A stretch of DNA of 64,000 bases from Chiloscyllium plagiosum (GCF_004010195.1 NC_057751.1:19707199-19771198); one strand, 5' to 3'; counted from the stretch's first letter, positions 25,048 to 38,369 are shown. Notes: generated by a model from the letters alone, not told the origin. Translations and numbers: made by a program.

Positions 25048-25490
25048 AGATAAATGTGAGGTGTTGCATTTTGGAAAGGAAATCTTAGCAGGACTTATAC
25101 ACTTAATGGTAAGGTCCTAGGGAGTGTTGCTGAACAAAGAGACCTTGGAATGCAAGTTCATAGCTCCTTGAAAGTGGAATCGCAGGTAGGTAGGATAGTG
25201 AAGATGACATTTGGTATGCTTTCCTTTGTTGGTCAGAGTATTGAGTATAGGAGTTGGGAGGTCATGTTACGGCTGTACAGGACATTGGTTAGGCCACTGT
25301 TGGAATATTTCATGCAATTCTGGTCTCCTTCCTGTTGGAAAGATGCTGTGAAACTTGAAAGGGTTCAGAAAAGATTTACAAGAATATTGCCAGGGTTGGA
25401 GGTTTTAAGCTATAGGGAGAGGTTGAATAGGCTAGGGCTGTTTTTCCTGGAACATCAGAGGCGACCTTATAGAGATTTACAAAATTACAA
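25048..25490 (+). mobile_element. CR1 LINE ORF2 C-terminal fragment
   Basis: ORF 25150-25518: IEYRSWEVMLRLYRTLVRPLLEY..QFWSP..KDAVKLERVQKRFTR. Confidence 0.9.
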
Positions 25491-27639
25491 TTGGTTGGTG
25501 TATTGGGTTAAGGGCTAGGGTTGTAAACCACTACAACTCTGCAAGCTAGGTCGGACTGAAGCTTAAAAAGTCTTTTTTCTCCACTGGCTGCAATGTTCAT
25601 ACAGGGCGGTCTTAACCTAGGTCATGGTGAACCAATACCCAAAGCACAAAAGGGGGTGTAATTTGCCTCCAATCTGCCAATCAGCACCATGCAGACAAAA
25701 AAAGTCAGGCTATTGCGATCAGCATATTATTGGGCAGGGTAAGTGGCAACTGCTACAACAAAATCCAGAGTCTAAACAACACAGAAAACACCAACTCACA
25801 GCAGAGAAGAAATTCAAGATTCTCAGATTCTCCAAGTTCCTTATACTCACAATACCCTATCAAGTAGATCAGTCTCTTGTCTAGTTCCAACCCGCATTCT
25901 GTTCCTTTTTTTTCTCTTGTAAGCTTGTGGGTCTCTATTTCCTGGGTCATGTTTAATTCTCTTTCATACTGAAGGAACCAGTACAAGTAATATACAATAT
26001 AGAATAAATAGGATATCCTTTATTGTCACATGTACGCAAGTACAGGAGTACAGTAAAAAGGTACAAATCTTCGATACAAAAAGGAGAATCAAACAGAAAA
26101 GCAGTTGCAATACCTTTAGTGATTCATAGTATAAGTTCGAAATATGACAGTTAAAAGGATAGGCATTAGAGTCAGATAAACAAATTACAAATAAACATTA
26201 CATTGCATTAGCTTAGCGCAGGGGTTTCCATACATGGACTGACTGCCTATGCCATGCCCCAGACCAACAACCGTCCTACTCCGCACCAGCTCTCAACTGC
26301 TCCAAGGTACGTTTTCTCCGGGACATGATTCCTCTCACTGGCCTTTGCTCTGGGACCTGCCTCCGGGGCTAGCCAGCTCCTCCATTCCCCTCTGGGTAAG
26401 TCCAAGTCATGAGTTGAAAAAAAAAAGGGAGAGAAAGAAAATAGAGAAAAAAAGAAATAGAATGGGCAGAGAAGTGCTCTGCGGCCATATATGATCTTGC
26501 GAAAATTCATTTTGAAGCAACAGAGAAGTAATTACTTTTAACGTGTTTCCTCTCAAATTCCCCTTAATTCCCAGAAAGCATGATTCGCAACCTGCATAGA
26601 GGCTATTAAAATGTGAATTCAGAAAAATCAAATGACTTGGAATTCAAAAGAAAATACAGGGTTGCTTTTATATCACACTTTTCACAACCACTGAATGTCT
26701 CAAAGTGCTTTACACCCAATTAATTACTTTTGAATGCAAGAGTCAGGAGTAAGCTCACTAAAGAGGGGCATTTTTATTTCCCATTACTCAGCGACTCAAT
26801 GGATTTAGTAATGGACAGGAGTGGGAAGTAAGAATCGTACCTATCAAGAGTCAGTTTTCAAGTTACAAACAGTTAAAATAGTATCTTTCAGAAAATACAA
26901 ACTATGATTCTGCTTCACTCACCAGCAATTTAAATCATTCGGTCATTCACTAATTGCGACACAGCAATTCAACCGACTAATCTCTCTCTCTCTCCAGTTC
27001 ACCACCCCATTTATCCTATATTCACGATGCCCACAAACATTGCCCATGGTTAGAGGATCCATATAGCAGTAGCTGTTCCTCAACATTGTCTTGTTAAATC
27101 TATGATTGGCACCTGAATAGATACCTTATTGCAGAATCCCAGATCCTATGATATTGTTGAATGGAATACCATTTGAATACTCATTTTTGTGTACACTAAT
27201 CACATTCACAGTAGTGTTGAGAAAAGGGCAGTATGAACTTTAGGTGCTAGCAGAAAACATGAGTTTGCCACATTATACATAAATTTGATTTCCATTTCTA
27301 GTCAATGGATATGGAAACTGGGTAAGGGGTCTGTAATCAGCATTTAATTTGATATTGTCTATTTCAAATTAATCATCCAAAAATCTAAAAACAAATTATT
27401 CACAGGGAATCATGAGATGAAGTGGAATTGAGAGAGCCATTAGAAACAGGTTTATTTTGTAAACTCCCATTATGAAATCATAACACTTTATTCTTATTTA
27501 GTATGATACTTTGAGGTTAAAATGTACAGATAATGATTTACGTACTAATTTGGGAAGCAGGGAAGTTGAGTTTTGTTGGCATTTAGGAGTTTCCCTGTTG
27601 CTTGAAGTAGCTAGCACCACTGGTGAGAAGATACAATTC

Positions 27640-28900
27640 TTTTAATATTTTTCATGGGTGTGGACATCATTGGTAAAGATTTGCTGCCTACCCCAATTGC
27701 CCTTAAGATGGTGGTGGTGGTGGTGAACCACCTTGAAATGATGCTGTCTACCTGGTGTAGATATATGCATAGTGCTATTAGGGAAGGGGTTCCAGGAATT
27801 TGATCCAGCGAGTGAAGGAATAGCCAAATAGTTCCAAGTCAGGATGGTGTATGACTTGGAAGGGAATCTGCAGGTGGTGGTGATCCCATGAGCCTGGTGC
27901 CCTTGTCTGTTTAGGTGGTAGAGGTTGTGGGTTTTGAAGGTGCTGTCTTAGCAGCCTTGAGATGTTCCAATGTATCTTGCGCATGCTACACACCGCTGTC
28001 AGTGTGCTTCAGCGGCAGAGAAGTAACTGTTAAGATGGTGGAAGGAATGTTGATTGAATAGTATGGTTTGTCCTGGACAGTGCTAAGCTTCTTACTATCC
28101 TCTGCATAATTATGAACATCTACCCTGATGTTTCTGGACAAACATTCCTCACCACCTCAAAATTCAACATAGATCATCAGACAACATCTTCCATATCCAT
28201 GGCCACTTCCATCTAGAAGGACAAGGGCAGCTGATACGTGGGAACACCATCAACTTCAAGTTTTCCTCCAAGCCACTCACCATCCCGACTTGGAAATACC
28301 TTGCCATTCCTTGACGGTCACTGGGTGACAATCCAGGAATTCCCTCCTTAACGGCATTGTGGGTCAACCTAAAGAACACACACTGCAGCAGTTCAAGAAG
28401 CAGCTCACCAGCACCTTCTCAAGGGTAACTAGGGATGGACAATAAATGCTGGCCAGTCAGCAAATAATTCTTTTTCAAAAATTGTCAGAACGGGGAGTAT
28501 TCCATCACACTCCTGATTTGTGCCTTGTATATGGTAGACATGCTTTGGCAGAGTCAGGGAAGGAGTTACCACAGAATTCCCAGCCTCTGACCTTCTCTTG
28601 TAGTCATAGTATTCATATGACGAATTCAGTTTGGTTTCTGGTCAGTTGTAGCCCCATGATATTCAGGGATGGTAATACCATTGAATATCAAAGAGAGGTT
28701 GTCAACTCCCTCTTGTTGGAAATAGCCACTATTTGGTACTGGCACAAAAACTATTTACTGCTGAGCAGTCTAAGCCCGAGTGATATCCTGATCTTGCTGC
28801 AAATAGATACAGACTGCTTCAACACTTGGGTTGTTGTAAATGGTACTGAACATTGAGCAGACATCCCCACTTCTGATTTTATAATGGAAGCAAGTTCATT
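27640..28900. mobile_element. Cluster of second-family LINE fragments in opposite orientations
   Basis: 27640-28100 (-), 28170-28460 (+) and about 28490-28900 (-) share sequence with 1290-1640 and 57470-58410. Confidence 0.7.
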
Positions 28901-29029
28901 GATGAATTGTTTCATTTAAGAAGATGATGAGGAGAAACCTTTCTTTTCCCGTCAGAGTCTTAAATATTTGGAACACTTATCCAGAGAGTGGAGGAGGCAG
29001 AATTATTGAATGTTTTTAAGGCAAAGGAA

Positions 29030-29550
29030 TCAAAGAACATAGAATGTTACAGTGCAGTACAGGCCCTTCGGCCCTCAATGCTGCGCCGATCCATGAAAAT
29101 AATCTGATGCCCATCTAACCTATACCATTCCATTATTATCCATATGTCTGTCCAATGCCCATTTAAATGCCCTTAACATTGGAGCGTCTACTACTGTTGT
29201 AGGCAGGCCATTCCACGCCCCCACTACTCAATGAAGAAACTACCCCTAATATCTGTCCTAAATCTATCACCCCTCAATTTAAAGCTATGGCCCCTCGTGT
29301 TAGCCATCACTATCAGAAGAAAAAGGCTCTCACTGTCCACCCTATCTCACCCTCTGATTATCTTGTCTGTCCCGATTAAGTCACCTCTCAACCACCTTCT
29401 CTCCAACGGCCTCAGTTCCCTCAGCCTTTCCTCCTAAGGCCTTCCTTCCATACCAGGCAACATCCTAGTAAATCTCCTCTGAACCCTTTCCAAAGCTTCC
29501 ACATCCTGCCTATAATGCTGTGACCATAAGTGCATGCAATACTCCAGGTT
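29030..29550 (-). mobile_element. CR1 LINE 3' end
   Basis: AGAACATAGAA..ACAGGCCCTTCGGCCC terminus; minus strand encodes RVQRRFTRMLPG-like remnant. Confidence 0.85.
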
Positions 29551-30417
29551 ACTGGGTAGGTGAGTTGAGGCCATAGATTAGATTAGCCTTGATCTTATTG
29601 AAAGAGTCGACGCAAGAAACCAAATGACCTATTCCTGCTCCTAACTCATATTAGGAAACAGCTGAAGAACTAAAACACAAGATATTGAGTTTCCATTACA
29701 AGTGGCACATGGGAACTTAGAATAAACATTCAGATAGACATTTTTATTTATATGCATGTTCCTTGATCACCTGTGTTGTTGCACTGGAGATAATGTTGAA
29801 ATGCGATAGATGAGAGTGTAATGTTTTTATCAAAGGTTGGCTATAAATTTGCATCAGACTGATTCAGCAAAAAAAACAATTTGGTTATAATAATCATTAA
29901 CTGGCATTTCTCTAGATGGATGTTATAAATCCAGAACGACTACAGTGAATTATTGTTCTGTGCTCGACATCTTTTCCCACCACTGCAGCTCACACATTAT
30001 TGAACACTCCTTTTCGATAAGTATCTCTTTGAACTATCAGTATAGTTTCTGCAACTTACCAGAAGCAGCAACCAAACAAGCCTATCCATAATGCACCAGA
30101 ATAGAACAATGAAGGAACAGCTTTAATTTTAATACTTGGAAACTATTGTCTGACACTGCATTCCACAAGTTCAAAGGAAAACACTCTGAATAACAATTGC
30201 TTTCTTGTTTGAAATGTAATGCTTTATGTCTGGATATCACCCTGCCCAGGAACCAGTTTAGATCCTGATACTTTATCAAAGTTGACATGTTTAAGATGCA
30301 GACTGTTCTCCTTTGCATAATAAAACTGCATAAAATTCTATGGTTGGATCAGATTAATATCCAGTCAGATATGTATTAGTTGGCTATGTTTACTTCTGTG
30401 ATTTGTTTTTTTTGTAG

Positions 30418-30791
30418 CTGAACCCTGTGTCCAAGTGGATGGGAGCCCAAAATGTTGCTTTTTTAAATTTAGCCCCAAAATAACATTTACAAACTTGGTG
30501 CGAGCTCACCTCTGGGTTTACCTGCGTCCAGTCCTGCACACCTCCACTGTGTACCTGCAGATCCTCAGGCTGAAACCTGTGACGGAGAAGGGCAGCAGGC
30601 ACTCACGGATCCGATCCTTAAAAATAGACTTGAACTCCCGCAACGGGCGCTGGCAAAGTATCGACTTTAAGCATGTGCTGCAGAACTGGTTCAAGCAACC
30701 TCATGCCAACTGGGGCATTGAGATCAACGCCTTTGATATGAACGGCAATGACCTGGCTATCACATCTCCAGGAAATGGAGAGAAGGGACTG
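30418..30791 (+). CDS. gdf11: GDF11 exon 2: prodomain arm
   Basis: Acceptor TTTTTTTGTAG|CT; (P)[20 protein letters not shown]...LWVYLRP...[29 protein letters not shown]...GEKGL; donor CTG|GTGAGT. Confidence 0.96.
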
Positions 30792-31999
30792 GTGAGTACA
30801 GTTCACTTTAAGTCCTCTGTATCAAGGAGATACAGTTTTCATGAGGTTCAAAGCATCACACACATCGGGTATGGCTTTGGTGACTGAAGACATCACAATA
30901 TTACTGATCATGAATGGTAAAATTAAAGAAACAATTTCAACTGGCAGGCAGGTCAGTAACTATAGGACACAGATTTAAGATAATTGACAAAAGAACCAGA
31001 GGGATAGGAGGAAAAAACAAATGCTTATGCAGCACATTGTAATGATCTGCGATGCACTGCTTGAATTGGACATTGGAGAGGGAGGACTGCATGGCATGGC
31101 TGAGCTTTTTCATAGTTTACTGTTACTGTCTACTTAAAATATTCTGAAGAAAAATTAATGCTCATCTGATTAAAAGTGCTGGTGAGTGTAGCATTGTTAA
31201 AGCCTTATGCACTGAACCACTGTAGTGGCAACATGTGTTTGAGCTAACACTGATGCCAAAGAGTTGTTCCACTCAAATAAGGGCAAAGTACTGCTGATGC
31301 TGGACATTAGACACAAACAGAACACTGGAGAAACACAGCAAGTCTAACAGCATCTGTGGGAGAGAGGGGAAAAAAAAAAGTCTTGTATTACTAAAGTAGT
31401 TCTAAAGAGTCATACTGGACTTAAAACATTAACACTCTTTCTTCACAGATGCTGCCAGTCCTGCCAAGTTTCTTCAGCATTGTTTTAGTTGTTCCACTGT
31501 TGGATTAACTCTAGCTCTGTGGTTTGGTTAATCCCTACCTGATCATTTTAACTATCCTATTGATGAAAAGCTGATTAATTTTTTGGAAGGCACGAACAGC
31601 CCTTGACAAACAATACTTTTTAAATACTTCACAAGGCCAGCATTTATTGTCCATCCCCAATTTCTGTTGATAAAGTGGTGATAAACCATCTTCTTCATCT
31701 GTTGCTGTTCTTGTGATGCAAATACACCTGGAGTGCTGTTAAGCAAGGAGTGCAGATGTCTCAGAATTAAAAAAGGTGTTTCAATTTTCACACTTTTTTT
31801 GGAAAGGGAACTGAGTAATACAAAAGGGAAAAGTAGACAAGCTTCAATGCAAACTTCAGAACCCATTTTCTGCAATTAACAATCACACTTTGAGGCCACA
31901 ATGACGACTGTGGCGGGAAATGGAACTGCAATAGGAAGGCACTGTTCGGAGGTTGCGGTAACACAGGAGATTTAAATGAACTCCCACAATAGCTTCCTA

Positions 32000-32155
32000 A
32001 ATAAATCCAACATCACTGAAACAGATGACTGGTCATTTATCATATTGCTGTTTGGAGGACCTTGCTGTGCGCAAATTGGCTGCTGCAATTTTTCCATCAC
32101 AGCTATTTAAAAAAACAGTATCCCTGGCTGGACAGCAGTTTGGGAAAGCGCTTAA
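32000..32155 (+). mobile_element. DeuSINE 3' remnant in GDF11 intron 2
   Basis: ACAGATGACTGGTCATTTATCATATTGCTGTTTGGAGGACCTTGCTGTGCGCAAATTGGCTGC, homologous to about 4580-4750. Confidence 0.6.
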
Positions 32156-33032
32156 TAAGATTTTTCTTTCCTTGTAATAGCCAGAGAATTCCTCATTTAA
32201 ATCAAGTATTCAACAATATGTTTCACTTATCTGTATTGATGCTTGATGTCTCCATGCACATTACTGCAAGCACACTCTGTCCCCTATGCTACTGAAGAAA
32301 TTTATTCACAGTGAGGTACAGTTCAACAGGCACCAAAAGCTGTATATTACAGCATTCAAGTGGCCATTTTGCATGAGTGACCACAGACAGACTGACGCAA
32401 CTAATTTTGTTCATTATGAATGATAATGTATACAGCATACCATTATCATTTTGCAAACCTGGTCGCACCTGACTGGTCCTATTAATTAATCCACATGGTG
32501 GAAAGCAACTAATAGAACCATAGAAGGTACATCAATGGGAAACCAGCTAGATGTACCACTGGAATTTTTTATTCAAAGCATGAACACAGAATGGGAGATC
32601 TGAATTGAGTAGTCTCTTCTTATCAGGCTGGGGGCCGCATTCCTCCCAACCTGCAATGGTAAGTTGCTGTGAGGAGTACATAAATGTGCATCTTAAATGT
32701 GAACGTTAATAGCACATTTAATTGGACTGCTGGAAGTATGGGGATATAAATTTGGACAATAAATATAATATGTCTACTTAGCAGATGCGAATTTTAGTAA
32801 TGCATTTAAGATGGCTAATAGGGTTAATTCCATTGTAATAAAGTGCATAAAATGGCAAATAGAAGTTGTAACAATAATTGCTAGAAACAAAGAATCTAAG
32901 TGCATGCTCAAGAATTCTATTCTGGATATAGGGCTACACAAAAACAAATGTGGCAGTCCTCCCCATGGTTGCTTACTGACCTGTGACTTATTTCTAGCAT
33001 TTCTCATCTTGGTCTCAAATTTCTACAAGCTG

Positions 33033-34490
33033 TAGAGTCATACAACATGGAAACAGACCCTTCCGTCCAAGCAGAGCATAATCCCAAACTAAACTAGCCT
33101 GCACTTGGTCCAAATCCCTCCAAACATTTTTTATTCATGTACTTATCCAAATGTCTTTTAAAACATACTATCTGTACCTGTATCCGACACATCCTCTGGA
33201 AGATCATTCCACACATGAACCATTCTTTTTAAAAAAAGTTGCCCCTCATCTTTTTTTAAATCCTTCTCCCGTCATCTTAAAAATATACCGCTTCGTTTTG
33301 ACCCCCCCCCCCCCGGAAAAGATCTTTGCTACCCACCTTATCTAAGCCCCTCATGATTTTATAAGTTCACCCCTCAATCTCAACGCTCCAGTGAAAAAGG
33401 TCCCAGCCTCTCCTTCTAACTCAAGCCCTCCATTCTTGCCAACACCCTGGTAAATCTTTTCTGAACCCTTTCCAGCTTAATAATATTCCTTCATTTTAAC
33501 AAGGCGATGAGAACTGGACACAGTACTCCAGAAGAGGCCTCTAAACATGCGAAATGGCTTCTTAACCAGCATCTGCAGTAATTTGCTTTTATCCGGCTTC
33601 TTAACCACCTTGTCTACATGTGACTTCAAAGAATTATGTAACTGAACCCCTTGGTCACTCTGTTCTACAACACTGCCCAAAGCTCTGATTTAATTGGGTC
33701 AGAAGTCACACAAACCAAGGTTATACTCCAACAGGTATATTTGAAGTTACAACCTTTTGGAGCACTGCTCCTTTGTCAGGTGAAGAGAAGCAAACAGGCA
33801 CAGAATTTATAGGCAGAAAGATCAAAAGATCATACAAATTGTGTGAATGGAGTGTCGACAGGCCAAATAGGAAGTCTCTGCAGGTGATCAAAAGTGTCAG
33901 ACTGAGTGAGTAAAGTGTCAACAACTGACTAGCAAGTGAAGGGATGACCTGTAATCTGATTAATTGAGGCAGAAAGATAATTACAAAAAAGTTAAAAATA
34001 AGATGGTACTGGAAACAAATCAAATGGCTGGAATAACGTGATGGGTAGAAGAGTCACATGTCGAAAGTCTAACCAAAGTAACAAGTAATCCAAAACTGTA
34101 CAAACTAATTAAGGTAGAAAGATCATAAAAGTTATCAAGATGATGGTGTCAAAACAAGACATTAAGGAAGATTTTACAGATACACAAAAGTATGGTGGGG
34201 TTAAGAGTAGCGTTACATGTAGCCCGTACCCATGAAGATACCTCAACCGAGATCTTCAGTTCAGTGCTCCAAAAGCTTGAGATTTCAAATATACCTGTTG
34301 CACTATAACCTGGTGTCATGAGACTTCTGACCTTGTCCATCCCAGTCCAACACCTCCACATCATGGCTACTTTTAACTGTACAAGTCCTGTCCTGGTTTG
34401 TTTTACCAAAATGCAATACCTGGCATTTATCCAAATTAAACTCCATCTGCCACACCTCAGCCCATTGACCCAACTGTTCAAGATTTGTAG
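33033..34490 (-). mobile_element. CR1 LINE 3' part, interrupted by a Penelope-like element at about 33697-34365
   Basis: CR1 tail at 33033 and QWAEVWQMEFNLDKCQVLHFGKTNQDRT at 34370-34490. The insert has inverted ends GTCAGAAGTC..AGGTTATA..CAACAGGTATATTTGAA / TTCAAATATACCTGTTG..TATAACCTGG..GACTTCTGAC. Confidence 0.8.
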
Positions 34491-34878
34491 CATTTAAATT
34501 TCTACATTTCATGATTTTCTCATGTTTTTAAACTGACTTCCAGTATTGTGTATTTTAACAATGCATTTAAAAGTATGCAAATTTAAATGTTTATAATATC
34601 TACTAGATTTGCAAATGTTGACAATTAAAAATGGCTAATCTCCTAAACCTAATCATGGATTAAAAACAGCTCAAAGTACATGAATTTTAAGACATTTGCT
34701 TCCTGCACTGCATGTGGAGTGCATAATGCAACTAACAGGAGGAGGAAATTAAGGCACTTTGTATTGGTGTTTACATTTTTGTCTCAGCTGTACTGTAACA
34801 GAGCAGATTTAGAATTACAGTGGTGTCAGGAAGATTCATCAATGCACACCAATGATAAAGATTTTTTTCTTTTAACAG

Positions 34879-35259
34879 CAACCATTTCTGGAAGTCAAAG
34901 TGGCAGAAACAAACAAACGTACCCGGCGAAATCTGGGACTAGACTGTGATGAGCACTCCACAGAGTCACGCTGCTGCCGTTACCCATTAACAGTTGATTT
35001 TGAGGCCTTCGGCTGGGACTGGATTATTGCTCCCAAACGATACAAAGCCAACTACTGCTCTGGTCAATGTGAATACATGTTCATGCAGAAATACCCACAC
35101 ACCCACTTGGTACACCATGCCAATGCCCGGGGCTCAGCAGGGCCCTGCTGTACACCTACCAAAATGTCGCCCATCAACATGCTTTACTTTAACGACAAGC
35201 AACAAATCATCAACGGGCAAATTCCGGGTATGGTGGTCGATCGATGTGGCTGCTCTTAA
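34879..35259 (+). CDS. gdf11: GDF11 exon 3: furin site and mature TGF-beta cystine-knot domain
   Basis: Acceptor [34 protein letters not shown] then [47 protein letters not shown]...DRCGCS-stop; mature domain starts at 34930 with nine Cys. Confidence 0.98.
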   Translation, partial: QPFLEVKVAETNKRTRRNLGLDCDEHSTESRCCRYPLTVDFEAFGWDWIIAPKRYKANYCSGQCEYMFMQKYPHTHLVHHANARGSAGPCCTPTKMSPINMLYFNDKQQIINGQIPGMVVDRCGCS

Positions 35260-35571
35260 ATATAGGCATCAACCAAACTTCCTTTCCCCCGCCATCGGGA
35301 ACTGGAATGTTCATTGTTCTTGAATGTTATGTCAAAACTACGCCATGCACTGTGCAATAGCAGAAAAAGAGAGAGGGGGAGAACTGTGCCTCAAGGTGAA
35401 GTCTCATCAGGAAACCTTTTAAAAAACCAGTTAATAACTAGGGCTAACTTTGATTCCAGATCACTGTTTTCCATCCTCCCTCCCTACCACCCCAGTCCTG
35501 CCAATGCTGCACCCCCAGTGACTGCTAATGGCAAGATCAGAGCAGAGAGTTACTAAAGCCAACACAAGTAA

Positions 35572-35577
35572 AATAAA
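35572..35577 (+). terminator. Candidate proximal polyadenylation signal of GDF11
   Basis: First AATAAA after the stop codon, about 310 nt downstream. Confidence 0.3.
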
Positions 35578-37239
35578 TCATTCAAAAGTGAAGACAAAGC
35601 ATCTGGGTAAATGATATCAACTGACCTGAGTTTTGTTTCCACACCATCTTCGAACCAGTGACTCTCCAAGACATTTTCCACGATGTCATCATACCTTACT
35701 GGTTAAGCAAAAAATAATTTTTAAAAAGATAATAAGTAGAGGAAATTCAAACGGGTGTTGATGTGAAGTGATTCTCTATAGAAGTTTTTTTTTAAAAAAG
35801 GCCGAATGTTGACAATGAGACTCTCTTTAAGAGGAAAACAGTCAAAGTGAGGAGCAGGGATGCTCTTAAAGTTTACAAATTCTTCTTCAAAAAAGTTTGA
35901 ACAATGACTTGTGAGCTGTAGATAGATGAAGATAGATGGCCTTTGAGAGAAAGTGTCTTTACTTCAATTTTTATTCATAGCTAAAGGTATTCACCTGAAA
36001 AAGGCAAAAACAAGGAATGCTGACAAAGCAGAAAAACAATTGGGGAAAGCTTAGAAAAATTCCAGTGAAAAACTTCACCCCAAACATAAATCTACTCCTT
36101 CGTGCTCCAGAATCCACTTGACCTGCTGTGCATTTTCAGCATTCCATGAGGACAGTTCAGACTTACGGCATTTGCTTTCTCCCCTTTGCCATTGTACACA
36201 ATATACTAGGAATCTCATTAGTAAGTACGAAACAATGGAGACAGTCTCTGGCCAGGAACCATTTTTAGCTTAAGTTGTTACACCATGCGATTACATGGAT
36301 TACCCAAACTAAAGGATTATAGTCTTACCTCAACAGGAAAGAAGGGATGTTTCAGTTGTAGCGATCCTTAATCTGGAACAAGATTTGGTACGAGATTCCA
36401 TATCTCAAAGAGTAAATCAACAGCATAGATTTGCCAGAATTATACTGGAGCTAAGAGTCAAATGATAAGAATGGTTTGCACAGAATAAGCTTGTATGCCC
36501 ATGAGTGTAGAAAATGGAGGGTTGATATAATTGAGATGCTTAAAGTGATCAAAGGGGTTTAGAGCCATGCCCTTCAGGTGATGCTTTACACAAAAGACAA
36601 GTGAAAACTGGAACTTTCTCCCACAAAAATCTGTAGAGTCTGGGGGTCAGATGGAGCTTTTAAGACTGACATCAAGTTTTCATTACATAATAGTAACTTA
36701 ATCAAAGAGTGAACCCTTGATCACAGTGCAGGAAATGGAACATGTTCTCACTTTTACCAATCAGTGAGAAAAACAAGCACTTCAGCTTAGCAGAAGCCTC
36801 CCTCCTCTCTGCGCCAATCAGTACAAAGCATTCCTTTTTGACTATGAACCATGTTATTCCTATTTATTAAAACCAAATGAGGTCAAAAATTACAGGTTGA
36901 TGAGAATAAGAACCAAATCTCAATTTTGAAGTTACAGCCCAACTGATAACTGGTATAAATTCAACATTCCCTCTTTGCTTTTGTGCTCTATCCATTTCAT
37001 AAAACCTAGGATCCCATACATTTTACTGCAACTTACCAATTTGTCTTTCTACTATTAATCTCTTTTCAGTAGCACAATGTCCAAAAGCATTAAGATTAGA
37101 TTGTTTAGACTCTTTTTTTACAGTATGACAGAGACTGCACTTCAATAGTTACTTAATTGACTATAAAGCACTTTGAGTTGTCTAGTGGTCATAAAAAATA
37201 TGATCTAAATGCAATTTCTTTTCTTCAGAAACAGTGATA

Positions 37240-38200
37240 AATTTATATTGTATGTTGTATCTTTAATGAAATGTCCCAAGGCACTTCACAGGAGCAGAAC
37301 AATCCAAGTCAAACACCGAGCCTTTATTAGATCAGATAGCCAAATGGTTTGTCAAAGGGGTAGGTTTTTAAGAAGTGTCCTAAAGGAGGTAAATTGGTAG
37401 GGAGGAGGGGTGCAGGGGGAATATACCAGAGCTTGCAGCACAATAGCAGGCCTAACCAAAGTACAATTGTGAAAGTGCAAGAGGTGTGGATGGAAAGGGC
37501 ACAGCTATCTCAGAGGGTATGGTGTCGGAGGAGATTGCAAAGATAGCAAAGAGGAAGAACACCGAGGGATTTGAAAAAGATGAGAACTTTGAAAATCAAG
37601 TGGCTGCTTGATCAGGAGTCAATGTAGGTCAGTGAGCACAGGGATGATAACAGAATGGGACTTGCTGCAAATCAAGGTACCAGGCAGAGCTTTGAATGAC
37701 TTTCAGTTAATGCAAAATAGAAAGAGAGCAGCAGCTGGAATGCACTAGAATAGTTGGACATAGATGGGAGTTTCAGCAGCCAATGAGACAAAAGCAAAGT
37801 CAAGTGATGCTGTGAAGGTGCAAAAAGCAGTCTTTGTGATGGCGCAGCTATGGTCAGAAGCTCACTTCAGAATCAAATGCGATGCTAAAGTTGGCAGCAG
37901 ACTGGCTTAATCTCAGACCCTTGCCAGGAAGGGGGATGGAGTTGCTAGCTTGGGAATACACTTTGGAGCAGGGACCAAAAATAATGGCTTCAGTCTTGCC
38001 AGTATTTGACTGGCAGAAATTTCTGCTCATCAATTAATGGACATTGGATACACAGTTTGATAATTTAGCAATAGTGGGGTGGAGAGATAAAGCTGGATTC
38101 AACTGGAGCTGGAGTGTGCATATCAAAACTAAAGCCATGCCTTCAGTTAATGTCATCAAGGGGCAGCAAATGAATGAGAAAGGGGGTACCAGAATGATTG
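37240..38200 (-). mobile_element. L2-type LINE 3' remnant
   Basis: CCCAAGGCACTTCACAGG...GGTAGGTTTTTAAGAAGTGTCCTAAAGGAG...CAATGTAGGTCAGTGAGCACAGGG, typical L2 3' region; homologous to 1690-2280 and 53890-54690 (+). Confidence 0.65.
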
Positions 38201-38369
38201 TAACTAATCACAGTTCAGGGTCATTAGTCTGTGGATTTATGGGAGTTAAGATACAGAAGTCATGGTCTGATTGAAATGAGAAAAGCTCAAGGTGCTGAAT
38301 AGATGCAATAGCTGAAGACAAAGAGCAGTTTCATAGCTTTTGAGGTCCAGGGGAAAAAATACATTGAGA

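Larger units (their letters stand above)
10093..35259 (+). other. gdf11: GDF11 gene span, start to stop codon (3 coding exons, 1152 nt CDS, 383 aa)
   Basis: Exons of 397+374+381 nt join in frame across GT-AG introns of phase 1 and phase 0, the GDF8/GDF11 structure. Mature domain has GDF11-type residues ([28 protein letters not shown]). Convergent neighbour is SARNP. Confidence 0.96.

Noticed and set aside
25990..26490. Possible exon or novel gene (ORFs 26247-26510, 26249-26494)
   Set aside because: Low-complexity purine tract and a TTTATTGTCACATGTAC end suggest an unclassified retroposon fragment; no coding signal.
10093..35259. Calling the gene myostatin (MSTN/GDF8)
   Set aside because: Despite the MSTN-like promoter and T11/H62, the mature N-terminus [19 protein letters not shown] and the SARNP neighbour all indicate GDF11.
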